A stretch of 34,499 nt of DNA, taken from the IMG/VR virus record IMGVR_UViG_648276647_000016, positions 1-34,499 of that record. One strand, 5' to 3'. This DNA is from a virus (Duplodnaviria > Heunggongvirae > Uroviricota > Caudoviricetes). The translations under genes were made by a program, and so were the position numbers. The notes beneath the pieces were generated by a model, which was given only the letters and a program-made list of their open reading frames with translations, did no database searches and was not told the DNA's origin. Positions 7,048 to 16,865 of the stretch are shown in pieces. Within the stretch, counting starts at the first letter, position 1. Every line of letters begins with the position of its first letter.

Positions 7048-9557
7048 TGCGGAATATCTCCGGAGAATCTCTGACGTTTCTGTGTCAGATTAAGAACAAC
7101 GGGAGAACCATCATCTTTCAGCAGATAACCAGTACCAAGTTTCACCAGGTACTGACTATCGCCGTAACTTTGCAAACCATACTGACCAGGCGGTGTTTTT
7201 ATCCCGGAGCCGACTACTTGTTCATTCCAAGCCTGATTAATCTGCTTATCGAATTGCTCTGCAGACATTCCCCACGGCAAAAGGACATTCCCCATTCCGT
7301 TATAGTCATGCACGCCACCTGTAGCTACGTTAACAGCCTGTTTCCAGACATCATTGTCAATTTCGCCTGATACCACGCCTTTTTTCGCCATCACACCAGC
7401 GTAATAATCCTTTGCGATCTCGTATGCCATTGATGCCCCCTGAGCGTCACCAGCAAATGCATCCTTCACCATGTCAGAAAACTCAAGGCGAAGATCAGCA
7501 TCTTTAGGCATCGGAATACCTTTCGCATCATCAGTACCTTTACGAGCCGCCGCGCCAGCAAGAATTGTCTGCGCAGCGGTTTCAGGAGACACGGAAACAT
7601 CCGGATTAAACCAGTTTTTTTCTGCCAAAATACCACCAGGCTTATCCATCAGTATCCCGGCAACGGCAGCAGATGGAGCGTTGGCACTGATCTGCTGTAG
7701 TGCTGACATATACACCTGCCCACCACCAGTGCTCTGCCTGATGGTATCGAGATATGCTGCCTGTTGGGAAACTGGAGCATCACGAAAGAAAACACCGATC
7801 TGATTGGCCTCGTCTTTGGAAAAGAACGTCAGTGGAGTGCCATATGACTTAGCAAGATCACTGACCTGAGCGGCACGCAAGGCAACGCTCTGTCCAAAGT
7901 TATCCTTATTGCTCATGTCGATAGGCTTTGCCTGTCCGGAGGCAAGAGAGAACTGCACAGGATCCGACTGCCGCTGCTTTATCACCTGATTTGCAGCCGA
8001 AACAACGTTGTCATAAAGAGCTGCGCGTGCCGCATACCCCTCCCCTGTCTCACCAGTATCCGGGCGTAATTGCTCAACATATGCTGTAATGCTGCTTGTC
8101 GGCATGTTGCGGAAAGAGCCTATATACTGTCCGGCGATCTGTGTATTTCTGAACTCGGTATATCGCAGGTTTCCTTCTCTGACGCCATAAGCTGCAATAA
8201 AATCATCCTCACCAGGTGGGTTAGGGAATTCAACGCCACGCATATACGCAGCCGTCGCATCGCGAACCTGGCTGTCAATCATCGTTTTATATTCAGCCTG
8301 CTGCTGCCGACGCAGTTGATCCGCCTGTCGCATAAAACTTGCCTGCGCCTCAGGAGATGCCGCATCGAATGCTGCATTACCGGTATAGCGTTTGGTGTTG
8401 GTTGGAATTGTTGATAAACCAAGTGCTGCACTGACACCAGCAGTTAACTGCTGATCACTGTATGGCTGGTTACCGTTCTCATGATGGATAATGGCTGCAC
8501 AAAGCGCCTTCAGGGTATCAGGATTAGATGCATCGAGAGGATCATCAGCAGAAACGCCAAGTTGTTCGCACACTGCTTTGATATACGACATAGTATCATT
8601 TTTATCAGTAGGCGGTGCCCAGCGATTAATTATCTCGCTGACGGTATCAATACCCTGCCTCTGATACGACATCAGGTTTCGCCCTAATGCACGAATCCCG
8701 TGTTCAGGTGTTTCGAATTTAGCAAATCGACCATCATCACCGGTCTGGCCTACCCACGGATTAGTTTTGCTGTATTCGAGATTTCCTGGGTTATTGTTGC
8801 GTATGCCACGGGCACGCTCGGAAGAGTCACTATCTGCTACAGCACGGCGAGCTCCAGCAGCAGTATCACTTAACTCGCCATTACTTTGGATGAATGCGGT
8901 CGCATTGTTTGCCGACCACTGGGACAATGCGGCATCAGCAACCTTCTCTTTAAACTCGATTTTCTTGGCCTGGATTTGCTCGTCGCTCCAGCCATGCGCA
9001 ATGCCGTAATCCTCAATTTGCTGGAAAGTTTGCTTATTAGCCAATACGTATGCGGCATTGTCGCCATACAATGCTGCGGCATTTTTACCATTATTCAGCA
9101 GCGTCGCCTGAAACTGACCTTCTTCGTAGGCATTAATTTGCCCTATCTCGTGCCGCCCGGCCTGCGTAGTGAACTGAATGCGCTGCTGCTGTGCCTGCTG
9201 CATGAAAGCATTACGGGCCTGTTCATCCGGCAGCGACATAGCCAGTTGCTCGATCTGGGCATCAAACTGCTGCGTATACTCCTGACCTTTTCCAATAGCA
9301 TTTTTCCCTTTCAGGTTAAGCAAACCTGTTTCAGGGTTATTCAGCAGATCGCTGCTTATCTGGCTTAAGCTAAGAGAAGCATCCTGAGCCATAGCAACAT
9401 TCGCACGCTGTTTTGCCTGCGCAATAATACCTGCATATTGCTCTGCAACATCGCCAAGTACATCACCGACATTTGGTGTCTGAAACGATGAGAATCCCTG
9501 CGTCGAAATCCCTCTGCTTTGAACCTGACGGCCCGATGTTGTTGGTACAACTGGCAT
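7044..9557 (-). CDS. Internal virion protein with a putative cell-wall-degrading domain
   Basis: 837-aa ORF; contains GIRNNNPGNLEYSKTNPWVGQ...FAKFETPEHGIRALGRNL, a motif I associate with virion-associated muralytic domains of podovirus internal proteins (from memory, unverified). Confidence 0.5.
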   Translation of the reverse strand: MPVVPTTSGRQVQSRGISTQGFSSFQTPNVGDVLGDVAEQYAGIIAQAKQRANVAMAQDASLSLSQISSDLLNNPETGLLNLKGKNAIGKGQEYTQQFDAQIEQLAMSLPDEQARNAFMQQAQQQRIQFTTQAGRHEIGQINAYEEGQFQATLLNNGKNAAALYGDNAAYVLANKQTFQQIEDYGIAHGWSDEQIQAKKIEFKEKVADAALSQWSANNATAFIQSNGELSDTAAGARRAVADSDSSERARGIRNNNPGNLEYSKTNPWVGQTGDDGRFAKFETPEHGIRALGRNLMSYQRQGIDTVSEIINRWAPPTDKNDTMSYIKAVCEQLGVSADDPLDASNPDTLKALCAAIIHHENGNQPYSDQQLTAGVSAALGLSTIPTNTKRYTGNAAFDAASPEAQASFMRQADQLRRQQQAEYKTMIDSQVRDATAAYMRGVEFPNPPGEDDFIAAYGVREGNLRYTEFRNTQIAGQYIGSFRNMPTSSITAYVEQLRPDTGETGEGYAARAALYDNVVSAANQVIKQRQSDPVQFSLASGQAKPIDMSNKDNFGQSVALRAAQVSDLAKSYGTPLTFFSKDEANQIGVFFRDAPVSQQAAYLDTIRQSTGGGQVYMSALQQISANAPSAAVAGILMDKPGGILAEKNWFNPDVSVSPETAAQTILAGAAARKGTDDAKGIPMPKDADLRLEFSDMVKDAFAGDAQGASMAYEIAKDYYAGVMAKKGVVSGEIDNDVWKQAVNVATGGVHDYNGMGNVLLPWGMSAEQFDKQINQAWNEQVVGSGIKTPPGQYGLQSYGDSQYLVKLGTGYLLKDDGSPVVLNLTQKRQRFSGDIPQ

Positions 9558-9569
9558 CTTATTATCCCC

Positions 9570-10109
9570 TTATCGACCGGTTGGAGTGCCAACAGCAGCA
9601 GAAATCGGCGCAGCCTTCTGAGAGAACGGGCTCCACGTTCCTCCGCCCATCTGGTATGCACCGTATGCTTTTAGTGGTGCCGTTAACAAAGTGCTGGTCA
9701 TCGATGATTTAGCAGCCGACTGAGCAGCAGCCCCCTGTGCCCGAGCATTCATTCCCTGAACCTGATACCCATATGCCTCACGCTGAGCGTTATTCACTGT
9801 CGTTAACGCATCAAGAGTGCCGAACTGAGCATTATCCGCAAAAACGTCAAGAGCTGTTCCGCTACTTAATTCCGCACCGGTAGCCCCCATAGTGGCCGCC
9901 GCAGTGCCTGAGCGTTGACGCATTTCACGACGACGCTGATCCGCTTCAATATTCCCACGATTGATTGAATCCTGTGCCTGAGCTTCAGCAATTTCAGCAT
10001 TCCGATCAGCTATGGCTGACTGGTATTTTGCCTGCTTGCTCTGGCTGTACATTGACGCGGCTGTGGATGCCACTGTGACGGCAACCAAAGCGATGGCTGG
10101 GTTACACAT
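9570..10109 (-). CDS. Putative internal virion protein (hydrophobic N-terminus, Ala/Gln-rich)
   Basis: 179-aa ORF; start overlaps the stop of the upstream gene; position between tail-tube and ejection genes. Confidence 0.4.
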   Translation of the reverse strand: MCNPAIALVAVTVASTAASMYSQSKQAKYQSAIADRNAEIAEAQAQDSINRGNIEADQRRREMRQRSGTAAATMGATGAELSSGTALDVFADNAQFGTLDALTTVNNAQREAYGYQVQGMNARAQGAAAQSAAKSSMTSTLLTAPLKAYGAYQMGGGTWSPFSQKAAPISAAVGTPTGR

Positions 10110-10573
10110 TATTTTCTCTCCATGTGAAATCTGTGGAAATTAAGACCAAGAGCACCATAAGGCGCGGCTTCTTCAAGCCTGAATCCAAGCCAGTGCAGCC
10201 ATGCTTTGGCAACATGGTTTCGCTCGTCGACGTAGTTTTCCAGGCGCGGATAAACTGCCAGCATCTGCTGCAATACAGGGCGGCAGTGGCGCAGAAATGT
10301 CTTCTGATATTTTTCAATACGGCTGGTTCCGACCAGCCAGGGCGTACCATTGCCACCGATCATTGACGCCGGAGATACGCCAAACATGGTTACCAGTTCT
10401 CCGTTCGCAAATCCTGACCAGGCCATAGTCGCAGTACGCAGACCAACACGCAGCGCATCTTCGGTAGTCATCAGTGATACCGCATACAGTTCGTCAATAT
10501 CAGCCTGACGAACATCCGGCAAAATCATCTGAAGATGCTCTTCGGTTGCGGGAATAATTCGAACATCGATCAT
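10109..10573 (-). CDS. Hypothetical virion-module protein
   Basis: 154-aa ORF, start/stop overlaps with both neighbours in the late operon. Confidence 0.4.
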   Translation of the reverse strand: MIDVRIIPATEEHLQMILPDVRQADIDELYAVSLMTTEDALRVGLRTATMAWSGFANGELVTMFGVSPASMIGGNGTPWLVGTSRIEKYQKTFLRHCRPVLQQMLAVYPRLENYVDERNHVAKAWLHWLGFRLEEAAPYGALGLNFHRFHMERK

Positions 10574-13044
10574 CAGAATCCCCCAACAGTAAGGCGAGGA
10601 ATAACGGCAAGAACAGACAGCGGCAACGGATCAAGCTGACGGATTTTTACACGTCCATTTTTGCCCCAGTTACTGTCCAGTTTCACTTCTACTTTTCCGG
10701 TAGCGTCATCAACAGGATCATCGTAGAACTCGAATTCACGCTGTGGATATTCGTACCATTTACCGCCTAGCGTAGTCGCCCAGATGCCGCGACTAGCATT
10801 CACAACCAGAGTAACGGAGGGGATCACCTGTTTTTTGTCCAGCAGCGTTTCCTGTCCGTTAATGTTGATATCCAGTGTTTCGAATTCAGCAGTTATTGGC
10901 AGGCCGATGTGCACTACAGCCCCCGGAGATTCCAGTGTAACGGCACCTCCGGAAACCACTTTCTGTGGTTCCACGTTCGCATCAGAGAGAATGTTTACGG
11001 TCTGGCCTTCAAGATGAGACAGGCCTCCAAATGTCCGGCGCGCCATCTGCCAGTTCGTGGTGGCCACATTCCTGAGTGATGGCGGGACGTTCCTGTTAGC
11101 ACGAACCACTACAGCGGTATTGCTGGTTACAGAAATAATGTCGCAACGTAATTCTTTTGACACTTCATCGCCAGTATCAGGATCAGTTCCGGTATAAGGG
11201 AACTGTAGTTGCGCACCGACATCACTACTGGTGAAGTACGCACCACCAGAAACACTGATTGTATATTCCGCGCGGTAATCCCATTCACCAGAACCACCAG
11301 TGATGGTCATCGTTCTGTCAGACGTATTTCTTCCATCATAGCTAAGGCCAGAATCAACAAAGAAAGCGTCTTCATCGCTGGTAAATAAACGGCTGGACAG
11401 CCGCTCGATGTATCTCACTGTTTGCCCGTTAACGGTTCGGTTAACGACGAAATACACCGCATCTTCATTGCCTTCGCTGATACTGCACGTGCTTTCATAT
11501 TTTCCGGTACTGGACTGTGGTGCCCATGCAAAAACCTGTTGATCACGCAAATAGGTCATCACCAGTAATTTACCGTCATCACGAATGCAGAAGGCGCTGG
11601 AGTAAGGGACAATCGAGAAGCACCAGTCAACAATGCTGTGCTTCTGAAAAAGATGATTGGCAAGGATGGTCAGGTCGTTCCCCTGATAGCCATCAACATC
11701 GAATGAGTAGGCCAGATCACGGACAACACTGCCTTTCTCCTGGACGAACAGAGCAATATTCGCCACAGCAATTGGTGGGACGTTGCTTGAGCCATTTGAT
11801 CCCTGAGAGCTGAATGCAAATGATGATGGGGTTAACACTTTGTTCTGGTCACCGGTGATGACGTACTCACCTCCGGAAGTCAGTGCCACCAGCGAACCGA
11901 CATCAATCAGGTGGCGGATCTCATTAACCTGACGCCCGGCATAGGTGTAGATAATTCTGTCGTCATCCTGCGTAGGATTGCTTTTGCCAAAATCCTTATA
12001 ATCCCCAGTACGGCTGGCCCAGATAGTCTGAGGGAACGCTGTCGATGCGGCGAAGTAAAGACGTTGTTGATAATAAACAACAGTGCCAGGATAACCATTA
12101 ACACTGTTCCAGGCATATTTAGCCCATTTATAGCTGGCATTATCCTCGCCAACGACCTGCGAAGGGATATAGGAAATCACCTCAGCAGTTGCAGTAGTGC
12201 CATTTGCAGCAGTGATACGGGCAATGCCAAAACCACTGTGCAGATATTCCCACTCAATGCCAGTATCATCATCACCGGATCCGCCCCAGCCATCCCATGA
12301 TGTGCCTTCTGTATGCGAAGGGCGCAAAGTACCTGTTTTGCCTGCTGTAACGGCGCGATAGTAGTTACTGTCTGCACGGCGAATATCGCCAATCGACGTA
12401 CTCTTACTGGTTTCCCATACCGGCACTGAATCCACTGCAGGCTGTTCCAGATAGAACAATTTGCCTACCTGCTCCGCGCCAAAAATAGAGGCGCTTGCCG
12501 TTAACGTAATTGTCCCGGTGCTGGCGCTGGCATAAACCGTCACTGACTCATCAATATTGATATCTTCAAATGGCCCGTTCTTCGTTACCACATCAACCAG
12601 TTGCCAGTTGTCATGAGCATATCGGCGCAACTCTTTCGGCGGGTATGCCGGGTGAACCAGCGTAAGCACGTCGGCGCTTTGCGTGAATTTAATTCGGAAC
12701 AGATCGGCTTCAGTATATGGCGTGGCAATTTCATAAATAACATTGCTGCTGTTCAGCACCAACGCACCATCTTTGATAACGCGCATGTACTGGTGTCCGA
12801 ACTCCAGAGCATAGGTCTGAACCGTCGAGAACTGGAACGGGATCAGGCGGCATTTCCGATTTGGGTATTTGGCGGCACCGACAAAACGCGTACCAGGTCG
12901 ATTCTCAACGCCGCCATACTGCCGCACGATAAAGTTATCGCACTTGCGCAATGCCACCTGGTACTTCGCCATGTCGATACGACCGTACAACGACGGTCCA
13001 ATCTCACCACCGGCAAAGCTGGGCTGTATCCAACTGATAGCCAT
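10573..13044 (-). CDS. Tail tubular protein B-like (T7 gp12-like nozzle protein)
   Basis: 823 aa, size and position downstream of a gp11-like gene; weak N-terminal resemblance to gp12. Confidence 0.5.
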   Translation of the reverse strand: MAISWIQPSFAGGEIGPSLYGRIDMAKYQVALRKCDNFIVRQYGGVENRPGTRFVGAAKYPNRKCRLIPFQFSTVQTYALEFGHQYMRVIKDGALVLNSSNVIYEIATPYTEADLFRIKFTQSADVLTLVHPAYPPKELRRYAHDNWQLVDVVTKNGPFEDINIDESVTVYASASTGTITLTASASIFGAEQVGKLFYLEQPAVDSVPVWETSKSTSIGDIRRADSNYYRAVTAGKTGTLRPSHTEGTSWDGWGGSGDDDTGIEWEYLHSGFGIARITAANGTTATAEVISYIPSQVVGEDNASYKWAKYAWNSVNGYPGTVVYYQQRLYFAASTAFPQTIWASRTGDYKDFGKSNPTQDDDRIIYTYAGRQVNEIRHLIDVGSLVALTSGGEYVITGDQNKVLTPSSFAFSSQGSNGSSNVPPIAVANIALFVQEKGSVVRDLAYSFDVDGYQGNDLTILANHLFQKHSIVDWCFSIVPYSSAFCIRDDGKLLVMTYLRDQQVFAWAPQSSTGKYESTCSISEGNEDAVYFVVNRTVNGQTVRYIERLSSRLFTSDEDAFFVDSGLSYDGRNTSDRTMTITGGSGEWDYRAEYTISVSGGAYFTSSDVGAQLQFPYTGTDPDTGDEVSKELRCDIISVTSNTAVVVRANRNVPPSLRNVATTNWQMARRTFGGLSHLEGQTVNILSDANVEPQKVVSGGAVTLESPGAVVHIGLPITAEFETLDININGQETLLDKKQVIPSVTLVVNASRGIWATTLGGKWYEYPQREFEFYDDPVDDATGKVEVKLDSNWGKNGRVKIRQLDPLPLSVLAVIPRLTVGGF

Positions 13045-13649
13045 CAGGACAACCTCGCAATGGTAAACTCGTCAACCGGTGGCTGTGGTTCCTGTGATTC
13101 ATTCTGGCTATGCGAGCCAGCACTAAGAATCACGCGATTGTACATATTGAGGGCAAACGTACCGAGGTCTGCATTCCCAGTCAGCGCCATGTTAATAGCT
13201 GCCGCAAGACGCCAGGCCAACGCCTCCATAAAAATGGCATCAAACATGTTCACATCTGTAACGCGAGAGACATACTTGAGCCATGCCTGAGGCTGGTCTG
13301 TGTAGATCAACTTTCCTGTTCCGTTGGTGTCTACACCTACTTCGTACTGAACGCGCATTGCTGCTGTTGGATTGCGTACACCAGGAAGCATAATTTCAGT
13401 AATGCGCAGACAATCTGACGGGTACTGATACGCATATTCCCAGTCAGGCGGTGGATTGCTCGTATCTGCAAGCGCCACGCGTTTGGTAGCAAAGTTCCAG
13501 TCAAAATCAGAAAGCACAGCATCACGGCAGGCCTCAAAGTGCAGCGAACATTCCCCCGCTTCCTTGCTGGCTTCCGTCAGGCTGTTAATGCTGCGGCTAT
13601 TGCCAATATTGGACAGCGCACGATTGCAGATCTCTACTACAGAGGCCAT
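13044..13649 (-). CDS. Tail tubular protein A-like (T7 gp11-like adaptor)
   Basis: 201 aa, size and position match gp11; N-terminal pattern loosely similar. Confidence 0.45.
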   Translation of the reverse strand: MASVVEICNRALSNIGNSRSINSLTEASKEAGECSLHFEACRDAVLSDFDWNFATKRVALADTSNPPPDWEYAYQYPSDCLRITEIMLPGVRNPTAAMRVQYEVGVDTNGTGKLIYTDQPQAWLKYVSRVTDVNMFDAIFMEALAWRLAAAINMALTGNADLGTFALNMYNRVILSAGSHSQNESQEPQPPVDEFTIARLS

Positions 13650-13978
13650 TACTCACCCCCATTGCCGTACAGGGTTTCAGCCGCTGATTTTTCTACATCC
13701 CCGGAAACAGGAGCGATCGCCATATCAGTGATCTGCAGATCGGCGCTGCGATTAACACCATCGTCAGTTTCTCTGGCAGACAGGCCTCGAATAACAGCCT
13801 TTGCAGTTATCATCACTTCTGTTCCGACGCCCTGAGGTTGCGCCTTCAGCTTATTCAATGTGTCGTTATTAAGAGTGATGCACAGCCCCCACGGGTATTC
13901 ATCGCGAGTTCTGGTTTCTCCGCTCTCATCCTGGTAGCTGTCAGTGCCGGTTTTGAGGTTTACGAGTTCCATATACAC
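13649..13978 (-). CDS. Hypothetical phage structural-module protein
   Basis: 109-aa ORF, stop overlaps the start of the downstream gene. Confidence 0.4.
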   Translation of the reverse strand: MYMELVNLKTGTDSYQDESGETRTRDEYPWGLCITLNNDTLNKLKAQPQGVGTEVMITAKAVIRGLSARETDDGVNRSADLQITDMAIAPVSGDVEKSAAETLYGNGGE

Positions 13979-13983
13979 TCCTG

Positions 13984-14004
13984 CAATAAAGGGGCCGAAG
14001 CCCC
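13984..14004 (-). terminator. Intra-operon rho-independent terminator (GGGGC-UUCG-GCCCC, then UUUAUU on the minus strand)
   Basis: Perfect 5-bp GC stem with UUCG tetraloop at 13991-14004, located after the capsid/decoration genes. Confidence 0.55.
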
Positions 14005-14022
14005 TTGTCTGATCCGCGAGGC

Positions 14023-14367
14023 TTACACGCCCAGTTCTTTACGCTTATCTGCGATCTTCTCGCGGAGCGTTTCGGCTTTGGCGTTATGGTGTGGCTTCTC
14101 GTTAAAGAGCAATTCGTACTCTTCACGGAGCTTATCCAGTTCACCATCATCTGACACATCGTTGATGATTTTGGTGCTGATTGCTGCCATTGACACCTTT
14201 CCTGCAACTTTTGCTTTTGCCTGTCTGGCTGCATCGTTAACAGGTTCCAGTGCGCTACCAGGCTCACCTTCGTATTCGATTTCTGCCCCCTCCGGCCACA
14301 GAGTGTTATGGATATGAGAGAGGCGCAGAACGCGGTATCTTGGTTTCTCACCTGACATCGATATCAC
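14023..14367 (-). CDS. Hypothetical phage protein
   Basis: 114-aa ORF in the late operon. Confidence 0.4.
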   Translation of the reverse strand: MISMSGEKPRYRVLRLSHIHNTLWPEGAEIEYEGEPGSALEPVNDAARQAKAKVAGKVSMAAISTKIINDVSDDGELDKLREEYELLFNEKPHHNAKAETLREKIADKRKELGV

Positions 14368-14368
14368 C

Positions 14369-14806
14369 TTAACCAGTTACTTTTGAGCGGATCGGATACG
14401 GCGTATTGGCATCAACATCAAGACTGATACCAGCAGTGAATTCGCCAGCCGTTAGTGGGCCAGTTGCGACGGAGTAGTTAACACGCAGATATCGCTGAAC
14501 ACCGGCAGGCACCTTTGCAGAAACAACTCGTTTACCTGCTGTCAGGGCGGTCTTTGCCAGTGCGCCACTATCATAAATAGTGGCCCATGAGCTGTTATTC
14601 TCACTCGTCTGCAACTGGATGTTTACAGTTGCATCACCGCTTGCCGCGGCGGCTGTGTTAACCAGCACCCAAAACTCAAGCGGGTAACCCACGCCGATAT
14701 CACGACGTTTTCCGTCAATTGGACCGAGATCGATTACGTCAGTAGAAGCCGCGGTATTCGTAACCGCCTGAGCTTCGGAGAACATCAACAGTTTGTCGGT
14801 GATCAT
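14369..14806 (-). CDS. Putative capsid decoration / minor head protein
   Basis: 145-aa ORF immediately downstream of the major capsid gene; assignment by position only. Confidence 0.4.
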   Translation of the reverse strand: MITDKLLMFSEAQAVTNTAASTDVIDLGPIDGKRRDIGVGYPLEFWVLVNTAAAASGDATVNIQLQTSENNSSWATIYDSGALAKTALTAGKRVVSAKVPAGVQRYLRVNYSVATGPLTAGEFTAGISLDVDANTPYPIRSKVTG

Positions 14807-14821
14807 CTTCTTTCTCCATTA

Positions 14822-14841
14822 GTGGGTCTGTTACGACCCAC
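14822..14841 (-). other. Intergenic stem-loop (GTGGGTC-TGTTAC-GACCCAC) between capsid and decoration genes
   Basis: Perfect 7-bp stem, no U-tract; likely an RNA stability or processing element. Confidence 0.35.
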
Positions 14842-14857
14842 AGGTTAATAACAGGCG

Positions 14858-15850
14858 TTACACCACGCGGGCTTCTGTTTCCAGAAGCGCATCAGTTTCA
14901 CGGATTGGTACACCACGGAATGAAGTCCACCACTCGCCTTCAGTCTCTTTTACGCTGATAGCCAGAGATGTTTTCTCCAGAGATTGCAGATCAAGAGCCT
15001 GGCCTACAGTGCGGTTCATGTAGAACACCGGGCGGCCCATGCCACGGTTTGGAATGCGATGCAGTGCTTTAACCATCAACTTCGCAATATTTGCGGCAGA
15101 GGAAGGTTCTGAAAGATTGCTGACATCGATGTTTGCAATGCGAACAACATAACGCCAGTCACGCAGAGCAAGTCCGTTATCCCATTTATAATGGGTGCGA
15201 TAGCCTTCGTACTTGCCGCCATTAACATCTTCCAGTGTCACCTGGCCTTTATCTTCCATCTGGATGCCAGCCTTCTGCCCTTTCGGGAAGATGCCATGCA
15301 CGGTGTTTTCGCCCCACACCACTAACCAGATTGAGGTGTTATCTGTACCCGTGCCACCAGCATCAATGATGTTCTGAGCATTACCCGCAGACAGGCTGGA
15401 ATAGCGGGAGGACAGTCCCATAAACTGCTGAGGGTTAACGCTGGAATCACCATAAAACAGTGTCTGCGCCATCTGCTGATTCATCGCTTCAATAAATGCA
15501 CGGTCTTCAGACAGGCGGAATTCGGCGGTATTACCGTTCAGATCAGCAAGTGACTTATCGACTTCAGCATAGGTTTCCAACATGCCAACGGAATCAGTCA
15601 CCTGCACTGTGGTTGATTTGCTTGGCTGTACGCCATAGTTCAGCAAACGCCAGGTAGCTGAAGGTAAACCAGAACGAATGGTGGTTCGGTGTCCGGTAGG
15701 AAGGTTCCCTTCGACAAAAGGCATATCCTGAAGGATCGGGTTAGTTTGACCGAGAAGCTCGATAATCTTATCGACTTTCCCGTTTTGATCGACGCGCTTA
15801 CCCCAGTCAGCCATCGTTAGCGCAGTTAAGCCTTTAACAGCCATTGTCAT
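14858..15850 (-). CDS. Major capsid protein (T7 gp10 / epsilon15-type)
   Basis: 330 aa, directly downstream of the scaffold gene; size and order typical of T7-supergroup capsid genes. Confidence 0.65.
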   Translation of the reverse strand: MTMAVKGLTALTMADWGKRVDQNGKVDKIIELLGQTNPILQDMPFVEGNLPTGHRTTIRSGLPSATWRLLNYGVQPSKSTTVQVTDSVGMLETYAEVDKSLADLNGNTAEFRLSEDRAFIEAMNQQMAQTLFYGDSSVNPQQFMGLSSRYSSLSAGNAQNIIDAGGTGTDNTSIWLVVWGENTVHGIFPKGQKAGIQMEDKGQVTLEDVNGGKYEGYRTHYKWDNGLALRDWRYVVRIANIDVSNLSEPSSAANIAKLMVKALHRIPNRGMGRPVFYMNRTVGQALDLQSLEKTSLAISVKETEGEWWTSFRGVPIRETDALLETEARVV

Positions 15851-15858
15851 TTCCTCTC

Positions 15859-16572
15859 TTATTTGCCATAGAGCACTTCGGCCGCACTACGCTGGCCTTC
15901 ATTACCACCGGTGACCATGCCATCTTCAGACATCGCCTTTCCGATTTTCACGAACGTTTTGACCAGATCAGGGTGATTACCCAGCCCGGTGGTGTTCAGA
16001 TATTCTTTGAGTTCAGGTGTCCCGAACTGGTCAAGCGCACGCTGTGCGGCGCTAAGGTTAGAAATCAACTTGTCGCCACCGATTTCTTTGTCAGCTTTTA
16101 CATCCGCAGCCCACTGCTCGGTTGTTTTCTGCCAGGCTTCTGCCTGGCGCTGCTGCACACCTGCCAGAATCTTCGGATAAGCATCAACCAGCTTTTGCGC
16201 TTGCTCGTTGGTCAGGTTTAGTTCACGCGCCACCGGCTCGAATTCCTTCAACGCTTCTGTATCCAGCTCTACGCCTTCGGCAGCATGAAATTCGTACTTC
16301 TCCGGCGCACCCTCTGGCTTCTTATCCTTTTCTGCTTCTTCGGTATTGGCTTTTTCAGCAGCAAGCTCTTCCTCAGTTTTCTGAGCTTCAGAACCTTTCT
16401 CAGAGTCAGTCCCCTGGGAGTTATCCTGCGACTGGGTTTGCTCCTGCATTTCACCCGAGCCCTGAGTGGTTTCAGTTGCTCCCGTTGAAGCTGTATCTGC
16501 CTGGCCACCTTCAGTGGATTGCTCATTGCAAAGACGGCGATACAGCAAACGCTCAAATAAATTCATGATCAC
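15859..16572 (-). CDS. Scaffolding protein
   Basis: 237 aa, very acidic with low-complexity Glu/Lys/Ala/Gln stretches, between portal and capsid genes. Confidence 0.6.
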   Translation of the reverse strand: MIMNLFERLLYRRLCNEQSTEGGQADTASTGATETTQGSGEMQEQTQSQDNSQGTDSEKGSEAQKTEEELAAEKANTEEAEKDKKPEGAPEKYEFHAAEGVELDTEALKEFEPVARELNLTNEQAQKLVDAYPKILAGVQQRQAEAWQKTTEQWAADVKADKEIGGDKLISNLSAAQRALDQFGTPELKEYLNTTGLGNHPDLVKTFVKIGKAMSEDGMVTGGNEGQRSAAEVLYGK

Positions 16573-16865
16573 TCCTGTTCACTGGCCTCTTTGGCCATCT
16601 TCAAATACTGTTCAGGGCAATGCGCCATAACGCGCTGAAACAGTTCCAGCGCCAGATTGCGTTGCCCCTCATTAAATGCCATTGCCATAGCGTCCATCGG
16701 TGAGATAGCGGAAAACACACGGCCTTTCTCCAGCACCGACCAGACAACGCGACGCCCCTGTTCACTGCTCATGACAAAGCGAATGTCATCAATTTCACGC
16801 TGCGCCATGTCACGTTGCTTACGGGCGTTTTCTTCTTTCAGTTGATCGTCTTCGTAATCTGTCAT
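16569..16865 (-). CDS. Hypothetical protein translationally coupled between portal and scaffold
   Basis: 98-aa ORF; start overlaps the portal stop and stop overlaps the scaffold start. Confidence 0.45.
   Translation of the reverse strand: MTDYEDDQLKEENARKQRDMAQREIDDIRFVMSSEQGRRVVWSVLEKGRVFSAISPMDAMAMAFNEGQRNLALELFQRVMAHCPEQYLKMAKEASEQE

Noticed and set aside
12601-13290. 229-aa plus-strand ORF
   Set aside because: Antisense to the tail tubular genes, which are supported by operon coupling.
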